Assembly: GCA_045646985.1 (NCBI GenBank)
Contig: JAZRLV010000033.1
Span: 1 to 46,303 of the forward strand
DNA length: 46,303 bases
Source: Clostridia bacterium
GTDB lineage: Bacteria > Bacillota > Clostridia > UMGS1883
Direction of reading: 5' to 3'
In this document: positions 1-8,753 of the stretch, piece by piece
How the letters are laid out: every line of letters begins with the position of its first letter
How positions within the stretch are numbered: the first letter of the stretch is position 1
Program-made: the position numbers and the translations under genes
Notes under the pieces: generated by a model
Told to the model about the DNA's origin: nothing
Database searches by the model: none
What the model saw: only the letters and a program-made list of their open reading frames with translations

Positions 1-198
1 GCCATTAAATGCTGTATCAATAAGAGAAAGTCTTTCCTCCAGTGAAATAGTGGGGGAGTCAAGAATAACGGCATATTCACTATTCTGACTCATTACAGAG
101 GAAAGTTGAGAAAGCTCCTCCATTATTACATCTGCTTTCCCTTCCTCATTGCAAAGTGCAAAAAGAGCCTGGGCATATGTTAAAGAAAATGAATTCAT
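1..198 (-). CDS. atpH: ATP synthase F1 delta subunit, N-terminal part (runs off window)
   Basis: Not in the ORF track. Manual translation from ATG 198 gives MNSFSLTYAQALFALCNEEGKADVIMEEL...ILDSPTISLEER (delta/OSCP YAxAL motif). ATGA overlap with the atpF stop. Confidence 0.92.
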   Translation of the reverse strand, partial: MNSFSLTYAQALFALCNEEGKADVIMEELSQLSSVMSQNSEYAVILDSPTISLEERLSLIDTAFNG

Positions 199-689
199 TT
201 TTCTTCACCGGAGCTGTTTATAAACTCCTCAACAAGCCTTTCATAATCACTTTCATTAATATCCTTTTCTATAACCTTTTCGGCTACAGAAACTGCAATG
301 GATGCGATATCGCTCTTTATTTCATTTACAGCAGCCTTTTTTTCACGTTCAATTTCTTTTTGTGCCTTTGAGAGTGCTGCGGCGGCCTTACTCTGTGCTT
401 CGGAAACAATTTCTTCGCCTTTAAGCGTAGCCTCACGTGTGGCGTCCTTCATAATGCGTGCAGCCTCCTCTTTTGCAGCGGAAAGCTTCTGTGTATAATC
501 CTTTTCAAGATTTTCGGCATTCTGCTGTGCAGTTTCTGCCTGTTTGTACATGGTGCTTACTTCTTTTTCACGCTCTGCAAGCATTTTTGTGACAGGCTTG
601 AAAAGGAGCTTTTTCATAATGAGAACAAGGATAATAAGGTTTATCCAAGTAAAAATTATTGTCCAAGTGTCAATAGATACAAAATCCAT
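195..689 (-). CDS. atpF: ATP synthase Fo subunit b
   Basis: N-terminal TM (WTIIFTWINLIILVLIMKKLLFKPV) followed by a long charged helix; position between atpE and atpH. Confidence 0.96.
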   Translation of the reverse strand: MDFVSIDTWTIIFTWINLIILVLIMKKLLFKPVTKMLAEREKEVSTMYKQAETAQQNAENLEKDYTQKLSAAKEEAARIMKDATREATLKGEEIVSEAQSKAAAALSKAQKEIEREKKAAVNEIKSDIASIAVSVAEKVIEKDINESDYERLVEEFINSSGEEK

Positions 690-713
690 ACATTAACCCC
701 CTTTTGTGATTAC

Positions 714-736
714 TGGGCGGCACTTTACGCCGCCCA
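714..736 (-). other. Intercistronic stem-loop downstream of atpE
   Basis: TGGGCGGC-ACTTTAC-GCCGCCCA, perfect 8-bp GC-rich stem with no U-tract. Confidence 0.6.
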
Positions 737-750
737 ACCAAATTTAAAAA

Positions 751-1783
<1,033 letters not shown>

Positions 1784-1787
<4 letters not shown>

Positions 1788-2170
1788 GAATTCTCACTCC
1801 TTCGGTTAAATAAGGATACTGCAAATACGGCAATTCTTGTAAATACAAGCGGTATTATCGCCGCCCATATGTTTATTGCCTCAATCTTTGCCGCCACAAA
1901 AATCATTACTGCCGTTAAAAGAATACGGGAAGAATAGGTGGCGCTCATATATGCTTTTGCACCATTTTCTGATTTTGTAACACTTTTTTTAACGCTGTAT
2001 GCTAAGTAAAAGAAATTAAGTGACGTAAAAGCACAGCCATATAGTACTCCTATTATAATATCACGTCTTATTGATAAAAATGCCGTAAAAATAATAAATT
2101 CAATAAGTCCAAGCAAAAATATCACTGCACTTACTTTAAATGCTTCTTTATATACGGAGTTATTTTTCAT
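1784..2170 (-). CDS. atpI: ATP synthase protein I (4-TM)
   Basis: Hydrophobic 128-aa protein directly upstream of atpB with overlapping start/stop codons. Confidence 0.8.
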
Positions 2171-2393
2171 TTTTATCCTCCTTGGTTACTTCTTTGTAGA
2201 ATTTTATAAAGGAAAGTACACCACTTCCAAGTCCAAAAAGAATACCTATGACCATTACAAAATTACCTAAATGAAAGGTTTTCTTCAGCCAAGCGGCAAG
2301 CATTATCCAAAGCAGAAAGGATATTACAATACTAAGCCCTAACTGCGAGATGTTTGAAAGAGCAAGAAACATTTCCCTGCGTTGCTTTTTCAT
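2160..2393 (-). CDS. AtpZ/AtpI-family small membrane protein
   Basis: 77 aa with two TMs (ISQLGLSIV..WLKKTF..GILFGLGSG); first gene of the atp operon. Confidence 0.8.
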   Translation of the reverse strand: MKKQRREMFLALSNISQLGLSIVISFLLWIMLAAWLKKTFHLGNFVMVIGILFGLGSGVLSFIKFYKEVTKEDKNEK

Positions 2394-2440
2394 AGTTTAA
2401 ATCATTCCTTTAGAGCCGTAAAGTGATTTTATAACATAGG

Positions 2441-2536
2441 AAATTGCGTGCAAAAGTACGCAATTTAGCTTGTTTCAAACAAGCGTACCGATCTGCCCCC
2501 AAGATTGGGGGTTAGGGGGTTGATGCGTTGAAACGC
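2441..2536. repeat. Cluster of short inverted repeats between wecB and the atp operon
   Basis: AAATTGCGT..ACGCAATTT (2441-2466), GCTTGTTT-C-AAACAAGC (2468-2484), CCCCCAA-GA-TTGGGGG followed by TTAGGGGG (2496-2519), GCGTT-GA-AACGC (2525-2536). Confidence 0.6.
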
Positions 2537-2580
2537 TTTTTTATAAAAATTTAACTTAGCGTTTACCGATTGTTAAAGAA

Positions 2581-3720
2581 TTAAAGCCACTCAACAGGAC
2601 GGCAGCTTGTTATTCCGAAATGGTAAAGAATAGCATCTGTAATTCTTCTTGATGCGTTACCATCACCGTAAGGATTAACCGCAATACTCATCTTATGATA
2701 TTCGTTTTCATCTGTAAGAAGCTGTGATGTAAGAGAATATATAATATCCTCTTCTGTACCTGCAATTTTAACTGTACCTGCTTCTGCTGCTTCGGGGCGC
2801 TCTGTTTCACCACGAAGAACCAAAACGGGCTTTCCAAGTGCGGGCGCCTCCTCCTGAAGTCCGCCTGAGTCTGTGAGTATAAGATGCGCCTTATTCATTG
2901 CGTTGTGAAGCACATCAACATCAAGCGGGTCAACAAGATGTACACGGGGAATATTTCCGAGTATTGAATAAACAGTTTCACGTACAGCAGGGTTAAGATG
3001 AACAGGATATATAACCTCTACATCAGGAAAATCACGTATTATGCGCTGTACAGCCTTGCAGATGTTTTCAAGGGGAGCACCTAAATTTTCTCTGCGGTGT
3101 GCTGTCATAAGAATAATTCTCTTTGACATATCAATACCCTCCAAAGGAGTACCCGCAAAGGAGAAATCTCTTTTTATAGTTGTTTTAAATGCGTCTATAA
3201 CAGTGTTTCCTGTAACGAAAATACTGTCGGGATTTATACCCTCATTAATAAGATTTGCCCTGTTATTTTTTGTCGGAGAAAAATGAAGGTCTGCAATCGC
3301 ACCTGTAAGACGGCGATTCATTTCTTCGGGAAATGGGAAATATTTGTCATAAGTTCTCAGCCCCGCCTCAACATGGCCTACCTTTATCTGATTGTAATAT
3401 GCAGCAAGACTTCCTGCAAAGGTTGTGGAAGTGTCGCCATGTACCAATACCAAATCAGGCTTTTCCTGGCGAAAAACCTCTTCAAGCCCTGTAAGAGCCT
3501 TTGTTGTAATTCCGGCAAGCGTCTGGCGCTCTGTCATAATGTTAAGGTCAAAATCAGGTTTGATTTCAAAAAGGTCCATAACCATGTCAAGCATCTGTCT
3601 GTGCTGTGCGGTAACACATACCTTACAGTCAATAGACGGACGTGATTGCAGCTCATATATAAGCGGAGCCATTTTAATAGCCTCCGGGCGTGTGCCGAAT
3701 ACTGTAAATACCTTAATCAT
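2581..3720 (-). CDS. wecB: UDP-N-acetylglucosamine 2-epimerase (non-hydrolysing)
   Basis: FGTRPEAIKMAP, HGDT, HVEAGLR, PEEMNR, TDSGGLQEEA and NPYGDG motifs. Confidence 0.97.
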   Translation of the reverse strand: MIKVFTVFGTRPEAIKMAPLIYELQSRPSIDCKVCVTAQHRQMLDMVMDLFEIKPDFDLNIMTERQTLAGITTKALTGLEEVFRQEKPDLVLVHGDTSTTFAGSLAAYYNQIKVGHVEAGLRTYDKYFPFPEEMNRRLTGAIADLHFSPTKNNRANLINEGINPDSIFVTGNTVIDAFKTTIKRDFSFAGTPLEGIDMSKRIILMTAHRRENLGAPLENICKAVQRIIRDFPDVEVIYPVHLNPAVRETVYSILGNIPRVHLVDPLDVDVLHNAMNKAHLILTDSGGLQEEAPALGKPVLVLRGETERPEAAEAGTVKIAGTEEDIIYSLTSQLLTDENEYHKMSIAVNPYGDGNASRRITDAILYHFGITSCRPVEWL

Positions 3721-3734
3721 AATATCCTCCTAAA

Positions 3735-4790
3735 TCAGTTGTGTTTGTGTTCTTCTTTATCTGAAAGAAATTCTATAATTCTGGGAGTAAGCCATAAGAA
3801 AAGAATAAATCCCAAAATTACTGCAATGAATACCCACCATGATATTGCGCCTGTAGCAATAAGGGCAACTGCCCCGATGCAAAGAATCAGACATAAAATA
3901 TATATGATAGAAACCGCTTGTTTTTGTGAAAAACCTGCATCAACCAATCTGTGATGAAGATGCCCTCTGTCAGGGGACATGATAGACTCATGGTTACGCA
4001 GTCTGGGTATAATTGCAGATGTAGTATCAAAAATCGTAAGTCCTAAAATAAGAATAGGTGCGGCAATGCTTATTACGGCATAGCCTTTAAAAAGTCCCTG
4101 TACGGAAACTGTTGAAAGCATAAAGCCAAGGAATAATGCCCCCGTATCTCCCATAAACAGCTTTGCCGGATTAAAATTGTAGGGAAGAAAGCCAAAGCAT
4201 GCACCTGCAAGTGCACTTGTAACAAATGCTACAGTAGGTTCACCTACAATGATTGCTATAAAGAGAAGTGTCAGTGCTGAAATTGAAGATACACCGCAGG
4301 CAAGCCCGTCCAATCCGTCGAGAAGATTGATAGCATTTGTAATTCCGACAATCCATATAACTGTTACAGGTATCGCCAGCCAGCCAAGACCGATATATCC
4401 ATACTCTGAAATTACCGAAGGAACTTTAATGAAATCTATCTGAACGCCTGCAATTACAGGACAAAGCGCCGCAGCAAGCTGAAAGATAAGCTTGATTTTT
4501 GCACTTAGTGCATATATATCATCAAATATTCCTAAGATTACAATAATTGTAGAGCCTACCAGAATACCTGCGATTGCACTCTCGATCTTTGAAAAAAGCA
4601 GTGCACTTACAATAAATCCGATATAGATTGCAAGTCCGCCCATACGTGCTGTGGGCTTTTTATGCATACGGCGGTTATCCTTAGGAATATCCACCGCACC
4701 GATTTGGAATGCAAGCTTTTTTACAAACGGAGTCAGTGAAAATGTAATAATGAATGCTACAATAAACGCAACAAGTATAGTATTATTCAT
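3735..4790 (-). CDS. tagO: Undecaprenyl-phosphate GlcNAc-1-phosphate transferase (TagO/WecA, MraY-like)
   Basis: GIFDD, NAINLLDGLDGLA, FMGDTG and HLHHRL motifs; multi-TM. Start set at ATG 4790 (GAGGT RBS). Confidence 0.92.
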   Translation of the reverse strand: MNNTILVAFIVAFIITFSLTPFVKKLAFQIGAVDIPKDNRRMHKKPTARMGGLAIYIGFIVSALLFSKIESAIAGILVGSTIIVILGIFDDIYALSAKIKLIFQLAAALCPVIAGVQIDFIKVPSVISEYGYIGLGWLAIPVTVIWIVGITNAINLLDGLDGLACGVSSISALTLLFIAIIVGEPTVAFVTSALAGACFGFLPYNFNPAKLFMGDTGALFLGFMLSTVSVQGLFKGYAVISIAAPILILGLTIFDTTSAIIPRLRNHESIMSPDRGHLHHRLVDAGFSQKQAVSIIYILCLILCIGAVALIATGAISWWVFIAVILGFILFLWLTPRIIEFLSDKEEHKHN

Positions 4791-4812
4791 AAAAATACCT
4801 CTTAAATGTACA

Positions 4813-5820
4813 TTACGGAAGAACAAATCCGACTTTTTTCTTTACCTTTGTGAGAGTGCGTCTGCCAACGCTAAAGGCAGCTTCGGCACCTTTTTTGTAT
4901 ACGCTTTCAAGATAATCCTTGTTCTTCATATAGTCATCGTACTTTTTCTGTATCGGGAGCAGATGCTCTGCCACAGCCTCGCCTACACGAAGCTTGAAAT
5001 CGCCGTAGCCCTTACCTTCGAATTCTTTTACTGCATCTTCAATGCTCATTCCCGTTACAGTAGAGTAAATTGTAAGGAGATTATTTACTCCGTCTTTACC
5101 CTCACGGTAGCAAATCTCTGCCTCCGAATCTGTAACTGCACGCTTAACCTTGCGGATAATATCCTCCGGGGGGTCTAAAAGAGCAATGCAGCCGTTGGGG
5201 TTAGGGTCGCTCTTTGACATCTTTGCCGTAGGATTCTGAAGACTCATAATCTTTGCACCCGCACTCCTGTCGGGAATATAAGGCTCGGGAACGGTAAATA
5301 CATCGCCGTAAATAGTATTGAAACGATGCGCAATATCACGTGCAAGCTCCAAATGCTGCTTCTGGTCAACACCTACAGGTACGAGGTCTGTCTGGTAAAG
5401 CAGAATATCTGCCGCCATAAGAACAGGGTAGGTGAAAAGTCCTGCGTTAATGTTTTCGGGATGCTTTTGTGATTTATCCTTAAACTGTGTCATACGGTTA
5501 AGCTCACCCATCTGTGTGAAACAGTTGAGAATCCACGAAAGCTCTGCATGAAGCGGAACATGGCTTTGAATAAACATAATATTTTTTTCAGCATCCAGTC
5601 CGCATGCAAGATACTGTGCTAAAAGTGAAATAGTATTCTTGCGAAGGCGTGCCGCCTCCTGACGAACTGTGATTGCATGCATATCAACAACACTGAAAAT
5701 ACAGTTGTATTCATCCTGAAGCTTTACCCAGTTTTTTAGGGCGCCTAAATAGTTTCCCAAGGTGATAGAATCACTCGATGGCTGTATGCCGGAGAAAATA
5801 ACTTTCTTATCGTTAATCAT
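4813..5820 (-). CDS. trpS: Tryptophanyl-tRNA synthetase
   Basis: FSGIQPS, TLGN (HIGH-like), YPVLMAADIL, VPVGVDQKQH and KMSKS motifs. Start at ATG 5820 (AAAGGAG RBS). Confidence 0.97.
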   Translation of the reverse strand: MINDKKVIFSGIQPSSDSITLGNYLGALKNWVKLQDEYNCIFSVVDMHAITVRQEAARLRKNTISLLAQYLACGLDAEKNIMFIQSHVPLHAELSWILNCFTQMGELNRMTQFKDKSQKHPENINAGLFTYPVLMAADILLYQTDLVPVGVDQKQHLELARDIAHRFNTIYGDVFTVPEPYIPDRSAGAKIMSLQNPTAKMSKSDPNPNGCIALLDPPEDIIRKVKRAVTDSEAEICYREGKDGVNNLLTIYSTVTGMSIEDAVKEFEGKGYGDFKLRVGEAVAEHLLPIQKKYDDYMKNKDYLESVYKKGAEAAFSVGRRTLTKVKKKVGFVLP

Positions 5821-5883
5821 AGTGTCTCCTTTAAATTTGAAAAAATTAGAAATATATGAATAAACAAACAAAATTTCTATTAT

Positions 5884-5913
5884 ATTCTACCATATTTAGT
5901 AGGAGTATGTAAA
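5884..5913 (-). promoter_or_regulatory. Putative sigma-A promoter for trpS-tagO-wecB
   Basis: Minus strand TTTACA-N18-TAGAAT with an extended TG. Confidence 0.55.
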
Positions 5914-5929
5914 GGCTTTTTTAAAAAAA

Positions 5930-6159
5930 GGGGATGTAAAAAAAGTCCAGAACGCAAAAAGGCGATAATTAAAACTGCATATAACCTTAAAAATAGGTTG
6001 ATTTTGTTGAAAAATCTCATTTTATTCAATTTTTCTTCGTTTTTAAGCCTTTTTGCTACGAACAAACTTCACCTCTCGCTGTATACACATACAGCTTTGG
6101 GTAACCCAAACCTACGGTTTGTTCAGTTTGTCCGTTCTGAAGCATTTTTTCCTATCCCC
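5930..6159. mobile_element. MITE-like palindromic element A (230 bp)
   Basis: Imperfect terminal inverted repeats GGGGATGTAAAAAAAGTCCAGAACG / CGTTCTGAAGCATTTTTTCCTATCCCC, with A7 on both flanks. Two internal branched arms (GCAAAAAGGC/GCCTTTTTGC; ACGAACAAACT/AGTTTGTCCGT). No credible ORF. Confidence 0.6.
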
Positions 6160-6200
6160 AAAAAAAGGCAGTGTAAAGAAACCGAGTTCTTTCCACTGCC
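6160..6200 (-). terminator. Rho-independent terminator for the pglF-like gene
   Basis: Minus strand GGCAGTGGAAAGAA-CTCGGT-TTCTTTACACTGCC followed by T7. Confidence 0.75.
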
Positions 6201-6201
6201 T

Positions 6202-6446
6202 CAGACTGTCGAAAAAGTCGGTCAACCACAAGCAGAGAATAGAAATAAAGCCTTCCCCTTTGAGGGGAAGGGGGACCGCTTGCGGTGGATGAGGTGTCAT
6301 ATAACAGAAAACTTTCACGGATAAAACGGCTACAAACCGCAGTTTGTAGCCGTTTCTGCTTGTTTTCGCCGAACACGTCCTCTATCGTATCCACATACGC
6401 CGACGAGTACGTGTTCGACAAATTTACCTTCCTTTTTCAACGTCTG
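6202..6446. mobile_element. MITE-like palindromic element B (245 bp)
   Basis: Left end CAGACTGTCGAAAAAG; right end reverse-complements to CAGAC-GTTGAAAAAG. CCT directly flanks both ends. Internal hairpins at 6251-6271, 6275-6286, 6324-6355 (14-bp perfect) and 6370-6417. Confidence 0.65.
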
Positions 6447-6459
6447 CCTTTAGCTACTT

Positions 6460-8340
6460 TTAATTAACAAACTTTGATTCAAACCAGTGTATCATATCAT
6501 CATACAACGGAATTTCGCACGAAAGTCTGTCTCTTAGTGCATAAATTTCAGTAAGTAATTTTTCACTGTCATTAATTGGTTGTTCAATATAAATTTTATT
6601 ATTCTTGGTGGAGGTATGGCGCTGCTTGTCAAGAAGCAATTCTTCATACATCTTTTCACCGGGGCGAAGTCCGGAAAATTCAATTTTGATATCCACGTCG
6701 GGAACATATCCGCTAAGCTGTATAAGGTTTCGTGCCAAATCAACAATCTTTACAGGCTCGCCCATATCAAGGATAAAGATTTCGCCGCCGTCAGCCATTG
6801 CGCCTGCCTGCATTACAAGCTGTGCAGCTTCTGGAATTGTCATAAAGAAGCGGTTAATTTCAGGGTGTGTTACAGTAACGGGACCGCCTTCTTTAATTTG
6901 CTTTTTGAAAAGCGGAATTACGCTGCCATTGCTTCCGAGCACATTACCAAAGCGTACTGCTGCATACACAGTTTTACCCTGTTCATTTTTTTGATTGAGG
7001 GCAAATTGCTGAACTACCATTTCGGCAATTCGTTTGCTTGTGCCCATTATGTTAGTGGGATTTACTGCCTTATCTGTTGAGATAAGAACAAATCTTTCGG
7101 CGCCGTGCTTTTTACACGCTGATGCCACGTTATATGTACCATATACATTGTTTTTAATAGCTTCGTTGGGGCTGTCCTCCATAAGGGGTACATGCTTGTG
7201 AGCCGCTGCGTGGAATACAACACGTGGCTTGTAGCTTTCAAAAACTTCATCAAGACGCACGCTGTCACGTACAGAGCCTATGAGAACCTCGAGCTTAAGC
7301 TCAGGGTGCTTTTTTCTAAGCTCCATCTGAAGCTCATAAGCGTTATTCTCATAAATATCAAATATAATAAGGCGCTTTGGATTGTATTTTGAAATCTGAC
7401 GACAAAGCTCGCTTCCGATACTTCCGCCGCCGCCTGTTACCATAACAGTTTTGTTTTCAATGTAACCGAAGATATCTTTTCCGTCAATAAGCTCTTCATC
7501 TCTGCCGAGCAGCTCCTGCGGAGTAACCTCACGTAGCTGAGTTATATTGGATTTTCCGCTGACAAGCTCAAAAAGGGAGGGTACAGTAGAGGTTTTAAGC
7601 CCCGTTTCACGGCATATTCTCATTATCTTTTGCTGCTCAACAGGAAGATTTGAAGGAATTGCAATTATAATTTCCTGTATATTGTACTCCTTTGCGGCAG
7701 AAATAATTTTATCTCTTCCGCCTATAACGGGAACTTCGCTTATAATCATTCCATGCTTGTCTTTATCATCATCTATAGCAACAACTGGATACATTGAAAC
7801 GTTCTGGCGCATGGTTTTAATAAAGGCAGAGCCGGTGTCACCTGCACCGATTATCATAACACGCGTTTTTTTCGCATTTTCCTTTGCATTTTTTCTTCGT
7901 GTCGAAAAATTTCTCAGCATTCTTCCGCAGAAACGTTCAACTGTAAAGCCGAATATGCAGATAAGCGCCATCAGCACATAATCTGAAAAAGTGAAAAGAG
8001 CTTCGTTAAGAACGAGAATTCTTGAAAGAAGGTATGCTATCAGCGTCGCACCGGAAATAGAAAAGTACATAACGATATAGCCCATAAAATCAGCATACCG
8101 CCACGATGTTGCGTAGCTCCCCGAAAATCCAAGAGTTGAATATATTGCAAGGCAGAATATAACAATCTCCTTGTATTTTCCTGTATATAGCCCAATTACC
8201 GACAAATCCAAAGAATTAAGGCGCAAAGCGGTAGAAAGCCATGCTGATGCAAAGATTATGAGGGTATCGAAAAAAACCATCATAAAAACTCTGTGGAAAT
8301 TGTGCAGCTGCACTGTAGTCGAGTAGCGTTTTGAAAACAT
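6460..8340 (-). CDS. Membrane-bound UDP-GlcNAc 4,6-dehydratase (PglF/CapD/WbpM family)
   Basis: N-terminal TMs; IIGAGDTG, VTGGGGSIGSELCRQ, FHAAAHKHVP, ISTDKAVNP, VRFGNVLGSNGSV and GLRPGEKMYEEL motifs. Start ATG 8340 with GGGAGAGG RBS. Confidence 0.95.
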   Translation of the reverse strand: MFSKRYSTTVQLHNFHRVFMMVFFDTLIIFASAWLSTALRLNSLDLSVIGLYTGKYKEIVIFCLAIYSTLGFSGSYATSWRYADFMGYIVMYFSISGATLIAYLLSRILVLNEALFTFSDYVLMALICIFGFTVERFCGRMLRNFSTRRKNAKENAKKTRVMIIGAGDTGSAFIKTMRQNVSMYPVVAIDDDKDKHGMIISEVPVIGGRDKIISAAKEYNIQEIIIAIPSNLPVEQQKIMRICRETGLKTSTVPSLFELVSGKSNITQLREVTPQELLGRDEELIDGKDIFGYIENKTVMVTGGGGSIGSELCRQISKYNPKRLIIFDIYENNAYELQMELRKKHPELKLEVLIGSVRDSVRLDEVFESYKPRVVFHAAAHKHVPLMEDSPNEAIKNNVYGTYNVASACKKHGAERFVLISTDKAVNPTNIMGTSKRIAEMVVQQFALNQKNEQGKTVYAAVRFGNVLGSNGSVIPLFKKQIKEGGPVTVTHPEINRFFMTIPEAAQLVMQAGAMADGGEIFILDMGEPVKIVDLARNLIQLSGYVPDVDIKIEFSGLRPGEKMYEELLLDKQRHTSTKNNKIYIEQPINDSEKLLTEIYALRDRLSCEIPLYDDMIHWFESKFVN

Positions 8341-8371
8341 TGCCGTCCTCTCCCATTTTATCAAAAGTATT

Positions 8372-8408
8372 TGTTTAATATTCTAACTCAAATATTAAAC
8401 ATTGTCAA
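8372..8408 (-). promoter_or_regulatory. Sigma-A promoter of the pglF-like gene with an overlapping 11-bp inverted repeat (operator candidate)
   Basis: Minus strand TTGACA(8403-8408)-N17-TAGAAT(8380-8385); TGTTTAATATT-N8-AATATTAAACA at 8372-8401. Confidence 0.7.
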
Positions 8409-8413
8409 GAATG

Positions 8414-8455
8414 AAAAAAGGAGCTATAGCAAAATGAATTTCATTTTGCTATAGC
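8414..8455 (-). terminator. Rho-independent terminator of the transporter operon
   Basis: GCTATAGCAAAATGAA-T-TTCATTTTGCTATAGC perfect inverted repeat; T-run follows on the minus strand. Confidence 0.75.
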
Positions 8456-8467
8456 CCAGTTTCAATT

Positions 8468-8740
8468 TTATTTATTTCTTTTTTCTGCTGTCAGAGCTAC
8501 TTCTCCGCTAAGATACATTGATAAAAGTCCGAGAAGAACCATAATAGAAGAAATATAAACAATAACAGGAATAATCTTGTTATAAATAATATCGCATATC
8601 AAAACTGCTGCGTCTCCGCCGATAATAAGTGCTGCTACAAAGCCAAAAAATGTGAGGCCTCCGGTAAAAAGAGTAATCATAATTCCATAACCAAAAATTG
8701 TTTTTATAACGGAAGATAGCTTCTTTATTATGCTTTTCAT
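8468..8740 (-). CDS. Small two-TM membrane protein (probable transporter accessory subunit)
   Basis: 90 aa from ATG 8740 (GGAGGT RBS); two hydrophobic segments; immediately downstream of the DctM-like gene. Confidence 0.75.
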   Translation of the reverse strand: MKSIIKKLSSVIKTIFGYGIMITLFTGGLTFFGFVAALIIGGDAAVLICDIIYNKIIPVIVYISSIMVLLGLLSMYLSGEVALTAEKRNK

Positions 8741-8753
8741 ATCTACACCTCCA

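Noticed and set aside
2472-2534. GTTTCAA...TTGAAAC resembling CRISPR repeat ends
   Set aside because: Single occurrence 63 bp long with no repetition; explained by local hairpins.
2394-2580. Na+ (DUF1646) riboswitch ahead of the Na+-ATPase operon
   Set aside because: Plausible from context, but I could not match a consensus by eye; needs cmscan, so not called.
5880-6467. Six short overlapping ORFs (60-108 aa) in the trpS-pglF gap
   Set aside because: No RBS or protein motifs; they run through palindromic MITE-like DNA and none resembles a transposase.
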